Assembly (NCBI GenBank): GCA_028695025.1
Contig: JAQVJV010000004.1
Coordinates: 1 to 56,124 of the forward strand
From: Candidatus Moraniibacteriota bacterium
Lineage (GTDB): Bacteria > Patescibacteriota > Minisyncoccia > Moranbacterales > UBA11712
Direction of reading: 5' to 3'
Length of the DNA: 56,124 nucleotides
The position numbers and the translations under genes were made by a program. Below the pieces are notes generated by a model that saw only the letters and a list, made by a program, of their open reading frames with translations, made no database searches and had not been told where the DNA came from. Positions 18,362 through 25,803 of the stretch are shown piece by piece; the stretch's first letter is position 1, and the number at the start of each line of letters is the position of its first letter.

Positions 18362-18367
18362 GAGCGC

Positions 18368-18559
18368 ATGGAAGAAGTTTCGGAAAAATCAAAAGCCTAT
18401 TCAGAGATTGCGCGTGATATTGGTCAAGTATTCTTTGCTTCGATGTTTATCGGTCCCATAATTTCGAGCTCCGTAAATTTCACTTTGACATTTTATGGGT
18501 TAACGCTTTCTATTCTTGCTTGGTATTTGAGTATTTTGTTTATCAAAAATAATTTATGA
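18368..18559 (+). CDS. 63-aa two-helix membrane peptide
   Basis: MEEVSEKSKAYSEIARDIGQVFFASMFIGPIISS...LTLSILAWYLSILFIKNNL. Leaderless start. Confidence 0.5.
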   Translation: MEEVSEKSKAYSEIARDIGQVFFASMFIGPIISSSVNFTLTFYGLTLSILAWYLSILFIKNNL

Positions 18560-18654
18560 ATAATAATATAAACAATATTATGGCAACATTTTATATTTTA
18601 GGCGCCCTCGTCCTTATAATTCTTTTGCTAATGGCTATTTATAGCAAAAAATAA
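18556..18654 (+). CDS. 32-aa single-TM micro-peptide
   Basis: The ATG overlaps the previous stop (ATGA). MNNNINNIMATFYILGALVLIILLLMAIYSKK. Confidence 0.4.
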   Translation: MNNNINNIMATFYILGALVLIILLLMAIYSKK

Positions 18655-18658
18655 TATC

Positions 18659-18769
18659 GTGCAGTCGCTTTTCAACGCTCCAATTCAGCAATATATCATC
18701 GCCGCAATTCTTGTGGTCTTATTTGTTCTTGTTGTTATTTATTCCGAAAACCAGAGCAAGAAACCCTAA
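18659..18769 (+). CDS. 36-aa single-TM micro-peptide
   Basis: GTG start 4 nt after the previous stop. VQSLFNAPIQQYIIAAILVVLFVLVVIYSENQSKKP. Confidence 0.35.
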   Translation: MQSLFNAPIQQYIIAAILVVLFVLVVIYSENQSKKP

Positions 18770-18797
18770 AAATACCAAATTCTTTTCTTTGCGCATT

Positions 18798-18824
18798 AAA
18801 AAGCGGGCCATTCGGTCCGCTTTT
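18798..18824. terminator. Bidirectional terminator
   Basis: aaaaa-gcgggcc-attc-ggtccgc-tttt between convergent + peptides and - strand ORFs. Confidence 0.75.
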
Positions 18825-18827
18825 GAG

Positions 18828-19169
18828 TTAATCCTCTTTTAGTTTCTCGTCATCTGCAAAAATTATACAGAGCGAGGCTACAAATGCTATAAACAAAAGA
18901 AAAACCGGAATAATAACGAACCTCCCACATAGAAAATGAAGATTCATTAACCCTGAAGCGCTTATTTCAGTAACAGTCGGCTCTTCATGAAAAAATGTGC
19001 CGATGAATTCAGTATATCGCGCCGCAAACTTAATGGGACTGTCGCCAAGCGACAATTTTGATAAAAAATTAGCAAGAGCAGGCTGGGAACAGTCAACTCT
19101 TGTTAACTTTCTATCAAATTTCTTTCTTTTTGTTGGGTTTTCGCGTTTCCTTTTCGTTTTTGGACGCAA
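18828..19169 (-). CDS. Hypothetical protein with a basic N-terminus and a C-terminal TM helix (start uncertain)
   Basis: 113-aa ORF with only a TTG start, abutting the transposase stop. It could be a remnant, or a shorter peptide starting at MNLHFLCGRF... Confidence 0.3.
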   Translation of the reverse strand: MRPKTKRKRENPTKRKKFDRKLTRVDCSQPALANFLSKLSLGDSPIKFAARYTEFIGTFFHEEPTVTEISASGLMNLHFLCGRFVIIPVFLLFIAFVASLCIIFADDEKLKED

Positions 19170-20205
19170 TGCCCCCTAGGCGGGGCGAGTCTTGAGCGGC
19201 AGATTGAGGACCGCTTTTTTCAAATTGTGAGCCAAGGCTTCAAAGTAGCATTGCATCAACACTTTTACTTTTCCTTTGAACTTGGCTTTCTTTCTTAACT
19301 TGGAAAATGTTCCTTCGAAAGGCATCCGCATTTTCGATTTCCAGTAATCCAAATCTTTGTTTTTGGTTTTGTTTTTTCGTTTGCGGATGATTCCGCTGTG
19401 GCAACCTTTGCTTCGGAGAACGAATTCTGATTTCCGATTGTCGTAGAGTTTGTCCGCGAAAATCATGCAGTTCCGAGGGCAAATTTCTTCCAAGGTTTGA
19501 AAATCCAAAATGTTGGCGGGGGTAACGGTGAGTTTCTCAATCAATCCGAAACGCATGTCGACGGCCACGTGGTTTTTGTAGCCGAACCAGATGTTGGTTT
19601 TGGATTTGGCTCCCCAGCGAGCCTCTTTGTCCGCGGCGTAATCTTTCACATTGGCATTGTTCAGTTTTTCTTCTCCGTTTTCAATGGCCTTGTCCCTTTC
19701 TTTCCAGAGAGCGGTTTTGGAAACAATGGCCGAAGCGTCGATGAATTTGGAAACGTCTCCGAACAGGCCTTTACTTCTCAATGCCTCGTTCACTTCATTG
19801 AAAACGCGGGCGATGTTTTGGGTTCCCAGCCTTTTTCTCAATTTTCCGAAATACGAATGATCGGGAGTAACTTCCGCAAGGCCGAAACCGCAGAACCACC
19901 GAACGGCGATGTTTTCTTTCACGGCGTTTTCCATTTCCCGATCGGAGTAATCTTCCCAGAATTGGAGAAGAAGAGCCCTGAACCCTTTTTCAATGTCAAT
20001 TCCCATTGTTCCCGTTTCAGAGTAAAGATTCCTCAAGGGATTGGTCAACCCGGGAAAGTCAATCACTTCGTTGAGTTTTCTGAATGCGTGGTCTTTTTTT
20101 ACCAGGAGATTGAACACTTCTTCTTCCGTTCCGAAAAACATCTTGGTTGTTTTGTCTTTTAGAGGCTGCATTTTTGTTTTGTTTAAGGCTTAATCTGCCT
20201 TAATT
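19170..20205 (-). mobile_element. IS5-family insertion sequence (ends not resolved)
   Basis: Single transposase ORF. 7-bp palindrome ttaaggc/gccttaa at 20183..20203. Only a weak 10/11 inverted match (19198..19208 vs 20189..20199). No target duplication identified. Confidence 0.5.
19176..20171 (-). CDS. IS5-family DDE transposase
   Basis: 331 aa. N-terminal DUF772-like region (FRALLLQFWEDYSDREMENAVKENIAVRWFCGF) and a DDE domain (FIDASAI..., WFGYKNHVAVD..., ADKLYD). Confidence 0.88.
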   Translation of the reverse strand: MQPLKDKTTKMFFGTEEEVFNLLVKKDHAFRKLNEVIDFPGLTNPLRNLYSETGTMGIDIEKGFRALLLQFWEDYSDREMENAVKENIAVRWFCGFGLAEVTPDHSYFGKLRKRLGTQNIARVFNEVNEALRSKGLFGDVSKFIDASAIVSKTALWKERDKAIENGEEKLNNANVKDYAADKEARWGAKSKTNIWFGYKNHVAVDMRFGLIEKLTVTPANILDFQTLEEICPRNCMIFADKLYDNRKSEFVLRSKGCHSGIIRKRKNKTKNKDLDYWKSKMRMPFEGTFSKLRKKAKFKGKVKVLMQCYFEALAHNLKKAVLNLPLKTRPA

Positions 20206-20574
20206 TTAGCAAAAATGCGGTCTTTTTTCCATTGGTTTCAAGGTGCTATTCGGCGACAGTCCCTTAATCCCGTTCTTTTCCGTGACGTAGTAAGTGACCC
20301 GGTTTTCTTGGATGTAGATCTCGTGCTGATTGTTTGAGAACTCTTTTTTGTACAGCTCAAACGGAATCAGAACAATAGAATCGCTTCTGAATTCAATTAT
20401 CGGGTAATACTTTCCGTCAGAGGATGGATTTTTAATGACTGAATTCTCCGGCATCCAGAAAGAGTGTTGCTCATCAACCGGCCAGCCCAACCAAAGCAGG
20501 GGAATAATCAAAATGATCGATAACAGCGCCACAGCCCCGGCTTTTATTTTATCATCCATCGTTGATTCTTTCAT
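20206..20574 (-). CDS. Membrane-anchored hypothetical protein
   Basis: 122 aa with SD aaggagag upstream and an N-terminal TM (AGAVALLSIILIIPLLWLGW). Confidence 0.65.
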   Translation of the reverse strand: MKESTMDDKIKAGAVALLSIILIIPLLWLGWPVDEQHSFWMPENSVIKNPSSDGKYYPIIEFRSDSIVLIPFELYKKEFSNNQHEIYIQENRVTYYVTEKNGIKGLSPNSTLKPMEKRPHFC

Positions 20575-20664
20575 CGCTTTTCTCTCCTTGCTTGCGGGAA
20601 ATAGAGCAGGAGCAAGGTTGCACCTTGCTCCGCATTCAAAAAGTTTTAGGCTGAATTGTCTTGT

Positions 20665-20979
20665 TTACCATGATTCCCTGTCCTTACTTAGCCGTAATTC
20701 TATAAGGCACACAAAAAGAAGAAGATAAATGAGCCATGGTAAAAGAATGAAAACATCCATCCACTTTTGAAAATTAGGATTACAGGAATATCTTCTCCAA
20801 ACTTCACTCATAATCTCATGAAGTTTTGGAAACCAGGAAAATTCCGAATGGGTAAAAATATAAGCAATAACCGCCAAAACGATTGCTGGCATATAACCAT
20901 TGCGCATAAGCAAGCCGACTAAGCCCGGTAATACAAAACAAATCAAAAAACAAAGTAAATAGATCATCCAGTTTTCCAT
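20665..20979 (-). CDS. Small polytopic membrane protein
   Basis: 104 aa from MENWMIYLLCFLICFVLPG, with SD aaaaggagaaaag upstream of the ATG at 20979. Confidence 0.6.
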   Translation of the reverse strand: MENWMIYLLCFLICFVLPGLVGLLMRNGYMPAIVLAVIAYIFTHSEFSWFPKLHEIMSEVWRRYSCNPNFQKWMDVFILLPWLIYLLLFVCLIELRLSKDRESW

Positions 20980-20992
20980 CACTTTTCTCCTT

Positions 20993-21307
20993 TTATTTCC
21001 AAGTCTTAAAGCCATTTTTACAAAAGGTGCAAAACTTAGTGAATTGAATTTCCGGCCATTTATCCCTTCGCAAATCCAAATATTTATCAAGAGCATATAA
21101 AGGTAATCCGACAATAATCACAAATATGATCACTGATGCTGCAATAGCGGCAATAACGACAAACAAGGGCCAGCTTAACACAATCATAAGACCGCATTCT
21201 TTTGCGCCTCCATTGGGCGGCAAAAACCCCTCATTTTCAAGGCGACACATTATTCCCCATACAATAAAACCTATGGGCAAATATAGAATTGCGATTAGAT
21301 AGTTCAT
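20993..21307 (-). CDS. Small polytopic membrane protein
   Basis: 104 aa, MNYLIAILYLPIGFIVWGIM..., with SD aaaaggagggg upstream. Confidence 0.6.
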   Translation of the reverse strand: MNYLIAILYLPIGFIVWGIMCRLENEGFLPPNGGAKECGLMIVLSWPLFVVIAAIAASVIIFVIIVGLPLYALDKYLDLRRDKWPEIQFTKFCTFCKNGFKTWK

Positions 21308-21463
21308 TTTCCCCTCCTTTTATTCAATTTTCAAGGAACACTGCATTATAGGGTAGGGGAATTGAATATTCAATAATATCCGTCTTTTTTGGAATATTTA
21401 TTCCATTATATTGACATTTAAGCCAATATTATCTAAATTTAGAGTAGTCGGTTTTTTACGAAT

Positions 21464-21575
21464 AAATCCCCCTTAGTCCCCCTTTATGAAAGGGGGAAAC
21501 CGGACTCTCTCCCTTTCTTAAAGGGCCCGCTTCGCCAAAGCTACAGCGAGGTGAGAGAGATGGAGAGGGATTTTT
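21464..21575 (+). repeat. Double-hairpin repeat, copy 1 (carries a 28-nt internal insertion)
   Basis: aaatccccc...ccccctttatgaaagggggaaaccggactctctccctttcttaaaggg[cccgcttcgccaaagctacagcgaggtg]agagagatggagagggattttt. It ends 5 nt before the ATG at 21581. Confidence 0.8.
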
Positions 21576-21580
21576 ACAAT

Positions 21581-22324
21581 ATGACCCTCCAAAAAACCCT
21601 CGAAAACCTGGGGATTCACGAAAAAAAGGCGGAAGTATATCTCGCCTGTTTGGAGTTGGGAAGCGCGACGGCCTATCTCATCGCCAAAAAAGTGGGGCTC
21701 AAGCGCCCGACCGTCTATGACCTTGCGAACCAGCTCATGCGCGAGGGACTGCTCCATAAATCCATGCGCGGAAACGTCAAATATTTTTCACCCGCCGATC
21801 CGGAAAAACTGGTTCGGAGTTTGCGGGAAAAAGAACATCAAATCCGACGCGTTATGCCGGAACTTCAGAATCTCTACAACTCGCCGAAAGCCAAACCCTT
21901 GATCCGCTATTTCGAAGGGAAAGCGGGTATTATGGAAATGTATGAGGACAGCTTGCGATCGTGCAAAAAAGGCGACGAGATTTTGGCCTATGTCGGAGAG
22001 GATATTTTGCGGCACCTGCCTGAATATACCAAGGATTATGTCGCGCGAAGAGTAGAAAAAGGGATTGTGCTTCGCGGGATTTATAAAAATAATCAAGAAA
22101 TGGCCAAATATCTCGACAAAAGCGCTGGCCAGCTGCGGATTACCCGCATCCTTGACGAAAAAAATTTTCCGGTGAATAACGAAACGAATATATACAAAAA
22201 CAAAATCGCGATCGCAAGCTACGGGAAAGAAATGTTCGGAATGATTGTTGAGTCGGAAGAAATCGCCCGGTCGCAGAAAGCGATTTTCGAATTGGCTTGG
22301 AAAGGAGCGGGGAGAATTTCTTAA
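21581..22324 (+). CDS. TrmB-family transcriptional regulator
   Basis: N-terminal wHTH: LENLGIHEKKAEVYLACLELGSATAYLIAKKVGLKRPTVYDLANQLMREGLL. ATG at 21581 within the 21551 ORF. Confidence 0.8.
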   Translation: MTLQKTLENLGIHEKKAEVYLACLELGSATAYLIAKKVGLKRPTVYDLANQLMREGLLHKSMRGNVKYFSPADPEKLVRSLREKEHQIRRVMPELQNLYNSPKAKPLIRYFEGKAGIMEMYEDSLRSCKKGDEILAYVGEDILRHLPEYTKDYVARRVEKGIVLRGIYKNNQEMAKYLDKSAGQLRITRILDEKNFPVNNETNIYKNKIAIASYGKEMFGMIVESEEIARSQKAIFELAWKGAGRIS

Positions 22325-22392
22325 ATCCCCTTTATTAAAAAGGGAAACCGGTCGCTCTCCCTTTCTTAAAGGGAGAGATGGAGAGGGATTTA
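22323..22392 (+). repeat. Double-hairpin repeat, copy 2 (intact)
   Basis: aaatcccctttattaaaaagggaaaccggtcgctctccctttcttaaagggagagatggagagggattt. Contains a 10-bp perfect stem ctctcccttt/aaagggagag. It ends 7 nt before the ATG at 22400. Confidence 0.8.
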
Positions 22393-22399
22393 AAAAAAT

Positions 22400-22792
22400 A
22401 TGCCAACTGAACAAATAAAAACCATCGGCCAGATCGGCGAGCGGATTGCCGCGAACTACTTCAAGGCTCGGGGATGTGAAGTCCTTGAAATGAATTTCGA
22501 AAACCAGGTTGGATATCGCTTGGGAGAAATCGACGTCGTTGCCCGCGATCCAAAAAATGATGAAATTATTTTCATCGAAGTGAAAACAAGAAAAAAGGGA
22601 GGATATAATTCCGAAGCCCCTGAACTGGCCATCAGCCGGGGAAAATATCACAAACTCAAAAAAATAATCTCGACTTATCTCCGCAAAAATAATCTTCTCG
22701 ATTCCAGCTATCGCCTCGACGCGATTGCCATTGAGCTTGATATGGAAACCCGAAAAGCGGATCTCCGGCACTTGAAATATATTTATTACTAG
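22400..22792 (+). CDS. yraN: YraN-family (UPF0102) endonuclease-like protein
   Basis: GERIAANYFKARGCEVLEMNF...GEIDVVARD...IIFIEVKTR. Confidence 0.88.
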   Translation: MPTEQIKTIGQIGERIAANYFKARGCEVLEMNFENQVGYRLGEIDVVARDPKNDEIIFIEVKTRKKGGYNSEAPELAISRGKYHKLKKIISTYLRKNNLLDSSYRLDAIAIELDMETRKADLRHLKYIYY

Positions 22793-22860
22793 TGTTATAC
22801 TTAATCTTGCCACAAAGTTCAAATACTATATACAAAATACTAAATACTAGATACAAATTT

Positions 22861-23217
22861 ATGATCGACCAAGCCATAATGGAGGAACTCAAACAAAAAC
22901 TGCTTGCAGAAAAAGCGCGTCTTGAGAAAAATCTTTCCCAAACAGAAACCGAAAATCCGGAAGCCGACCGCGAATATGAAACAAAATTTCCCGAAGTGGA
23001 CCGCGACGAAGAGGAAAATGCCGATGAAATGGAAATGTATGAGAGCAACCTCGCCGCCGACGAGACTATGAAAGGGGAGCTCGAAAAAATCGAAAAGGCA
23101 TTAGCCTCTATGGAAAACGACACTTATGGATTTTGCGCCAATTGCCAAAAAGAAATTCCGCTTGAGCGTTTGCGCGCCTATCCCCAAGCCGATACTTGCC
23201 TTGATTGCGAGAAATAG
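22861..23217 (+). CDS. DksA/TraR-family C4 zinc-finger protein
   Basis: Coiled-coil N-terminus and CANCQKEIPLERLRAYPQADTCLDCEK. ATG at 22861 within the 22792 ORF. Confidence 0.8.
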   Translation: MIDQAIMEELKQKLLAEKARLEKNLSQTETENPEADREYETKFPEVDRDEEENADEMEMYESNLAADETMKGELEKIEKALASMENDTYGFCANCQKEIPLERLRAYPQADTCLDCEK

Positions 23218-23295
23218 GATTTTGAAAAAGTCTAAATTAAAAAGGCTAAATTATTTCACCCTGGTCTTTAGAAATTAGCCTTTAGTCTTCCTAAA

Positions 23296-23694
23296 ATGAA
23301 AATAAACATAAAACTTTTTTTTGTTTTTCTTTTTCTCATTTCCCTCGACCAAATTGCCAAATATTTTTCCACTTCCCCATACTGCAATAAAAATCTCGCT
23401 TGGAACATCCCTGTCTCCGGCGAGATTTTTTATATCTTGTGGATTTTAATTATGTCCTATTTTCTTTATCTGCTTATAAAAACAAAAAAATATTCCGAAA
23501 AAATATTTTTAACAGTCATTTTTTCCGGCGCAGTATCAAATACCATTGACCGGTTGAGATTCGGGTGCGTAATTGATTACGTAAACCTGAAAATATTTCC
23601 TGTTTTTAATCTGGCTGACATTTATATCACCATTGGCATATTTTTACTTTTAATTGGAATTATAAAAAATAAAAGTCGCGAAGCAACACCTTAA
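23296..23694 (+). CDS. lspA: Lipoprotein signal peptidase II
   Basis: DQIAKY, NLAWNIPV, GAVSNTIDRL, VIDYV..FPVFNLADIYITIG. Confidence 0.9.
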   Translation: MKINIKLFFVFLFLISLDQIAKYFSTSPYCNKNLAWNIPVSGEIFYILWILIMSYFLYLLIKTKKYSEKIFLTVIFSGAVSNTIDRLRFGCVIDYVNLKIFPVFNLADIYITIGIFLLLIGIIKNKSREATP

Positions 23695-23730
23695 TTTTTC
23701 ATTTTTCACTTTAAATTTTTAACTTTTTTT

Positions 23731-25257
23731 ATGTCTTCAAAAGTCCTCTCCGCCACAACATTGGGATTAACCAGCCACCTCGTCGAGGTTGAAGCCGACA
23801 CCCATCCCGGCATGTATGTTTTTTCAATCGTTGGACTCCCGGACACCACCGTGAAAGAATCCAAAGACCGGGTGAACGCCGCCATCAAAAATTGTTCCTT
23901 CAAGCCGCCGCATATGTGCGGGCACGTGACGGTGAACCTGGCTCCCGCCGACATCCGGAAAGAAGGGCCGCTCTACGACCTTCCGATCGCTCTCGGCTTT
24001 TTGCTGACAACCAAGCAAATTGACTTTGATGTCTCGAAAAAATTGTTCGTCGGCGAGCTCTCTCTTGATGGAAAAATCCGGCCCGTGAACGGAGTCCTTC
24101 CAATCGCCATCATGGCCAAGGAAAAAAATATGGAAGAAATTTTTGTTCCGGCCGGGAACGCGCCCGAAGCCGGAATCGTGAAAGGCCTCTGTGTCATCCC
24201 GGTTGAGAATCTCAAAGAACTGGCGGACCACCTCTCGGGGCGGAAAAAAATCGACCCGTTTCCCGAACAAAACCTCGATGATATTTTCGCGCCGCAAAAA
24301 CATCCGCTTGACATGTCCCACGTGAAAGGCCAGGAACACGCCAAGCGCGCGCTTGAAATCGCCGCCGCGGGCGCCCACAATTGTCTTTTTTCCGGGCCTC
24401 CCGGATCGGGAAAAACGCTCCTTGCCAAAACTTTCCCCTCCATCCTGCCGCCGCTCACTTTCGAAGAAGCGCTTGAAATCACCAAGATATTCTCCATCGC
24501 CGGCAAATTGCCGCGCGACGTCGCCCTCGTTTCCCAAAGACCCTTCCGTTCGCCCCATCACAGCGCTTCGGCTGTTTCTCTTGTCGGCGGGGGACAATTT
24601 CCGCGCCCGGGAGAAATCAGCCTCGCTCATCGCGGCGTCTTGTTTCTTGACGAATTTCCCGAATTTTCCCGGATGGTACTTGAGAATTTGCGCCAGCCTT
24701 TGGAAGATGGAAATATTTCCGTTTCCCGCGCCCAAGCCACCCTTTCTTTTCCGGCGCGTTTCACTTTGATCGCCGCCATGAATCCGTGCCCGTGCGGAAA
24801 CGCGACCGATCCGGAGAAAATGTGCTCTTGCAATCCCTCAAGCATCATCCGCTATCAACGAAAAATTTCCGGGCCTATTCTCGACCGCATTGATATCCAT
24901 ATCGAGGTGCCCCGCATGAAATTTGATAAGCTCGCAAGCGAAAAAACGGGGGAACCGAGCGCTTCCGTCCGCGAACGTGTCATCGCGGCAAGAGAAAAAC
25001 AGCACCGGCGCTTCAAAAACATCGACGGCGTGATCACTAATTCCGAAATGACGAGCCAGCAGATGAAGGAATTTTGCAAACTGGGGGAAAAAGAACTTGA
25101 GCTTTTGAAAAAGGCAGTCACCCAGCTCCAGCTTTCCGCGAGGGCTTATCATCGTATCATTAAAATCGCCCGCACCATCGCCGACCTTGCCGGGAGCGAC
25201 GAAATAATGCTCCCGCACCTGGCGGAAGCGATCCAATATCGGCAGAAACAGGCATAG
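23731..25257 (+). CDS. comM: Mg-chelatase-like AAA+ protein YifB/ComM
   Basis: Lon-like N-domain, Walker A GPPGSGKT, GVLFLDEFPEF, and a C-terminal HTH-like tail. Confidence 0.95.
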   Translation: MSSKVLSATTLGLTSHLVEVEADTHPGMYVFSIVGLPDTTVKESKDRVNAAIKNCSFKPPHMCGHVTVNLAPADIRKEGPLYDLPIALGFLLTTKQIDFDVSKKLFVGELSLDGKIRPVNGVLPIAIMAKEKNMEEIFVPAGNAPEAGIVKGLCVIPVENLKELADHLSGRKKIDPFPEQNLDDIFAPQKHPLDMSHVKGQEHAKRALEIAAAGAHNCLFSGPPGSGKTLLAKTFPSILPPLTFEEALEITKIFSIAGKLPRDVALVSQRPFRSPHHSASAVSLVGGGQFPRPGEISLAHRGVLFLDEFPEFSRMVLENLRQPLEDGNISVSRAQATLSFPARFTLIAAMNPCPCGNATDPEKMCSCNPSSIIRYQRKISGPILDRIDIHIEVPRMKFDKLASEKTGEPSASVRERVIAAREKQHRRFKNIDGVITNSEMTSQQMKEFCKLGEKELELLKKAVTQLQLSARAYHRIIKIARTIADLAGSDEIMLPHLAEAIQYRQKQA

Positions 25258-25350
25258 AAATCCGGAAACGAAAAGAACGTTTTGCAATAAAAAGCTTCCG
25301 CCGGGAAAATTATCCGCGACGGAAGCGTGAGCGGTTGAGGATAACTGGGT

Positions 25351-25470
25351 TCACCGTCCGCAACCAGGGATCCGAAAAATCCGGCAACCACCAAAAGCTT
25401 CCCAAATGGAAAGCACAATGGCCGCAAAGACTCCAGCCGCATAAAGAAAAAAATTTTTGATAACTTTCAT
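25351..25470 (-). CDS. 39-aa membrane micro-peptide (tentative)
   Basis: SD aaggagg 7 nt upstream of the ATG at 25470. MKVIKNFFLYAAGVFAAIVLSIWEAFGGCRIFRIPGCGR. Confidence 0.35.
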   Translation of the reverse strand: MKVIKNFFLYAAGVFAAIVLSIWEAFGGCRIFRIPGCGR

Positions 25471-25500
25471 CGCGAGAACCTCCTTAGCCTTGGTTTATTT

Positions 25501-25671
25501 TCATAAAAAATCCCTGTATTTTTTAGCGGCTCTAAATAACAAGCCCCTGTTTATCCCTTTGCTAATTAAATTGCCCGGACTGGAAACAATAGCCAGAAAT
25601 CCAAGTCCAACTATAGAAAGAGCAACCATTAAAGTTTCCCAACTGGTTGGTTTTTTTAATTTTTTGAACAC
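25501..25671 (-). CDS. 56-aa single-TM protein (tentative)
   Basis: SD aaaggagga upstream of the GTG at 25671. VFKKLKKPTSWETLMVALSIVGLGFLAIVSSPGNLISKG... Confidence 0.35.
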   Translation of the reverse strand: MFKKLKKPTSWETLMVALSIVGLGFLAIVSSPGNLISKGINRGLLFRAAKKYRDFL

Positions 25672-25803
25672 TTCCCTTGTATCCTCCTTTCTTCAATTTT
25701 TCAGGTGCTGGTGAATATTACTACGCTCACAAAAAATTTGCAACTCCCTTTATCTTTTCGGCGTAATGCTGTATAGTATACAGCTAGCTAGAGCTGACCC
25801 ATT

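Noticed and set aside
19198-20199. Terminal inverted repeats of the IS5-family element (ggcagattgag vs cttaatctgcc).
   Set aside because: It is only a 10/11 match, the left copy lies inside the transposase ORF, and no flanking direct repeat was found. The match is compatible with chance, so the ends are left unresolved.
25457-25714. 85-aa + strand ORF in the comM / G5-3D spacer.
   Set aside because: It has no SD and is antisense to two - strand micro-ORFs that do have strong SDs. The sequence is low-complexity and hydrophobic.
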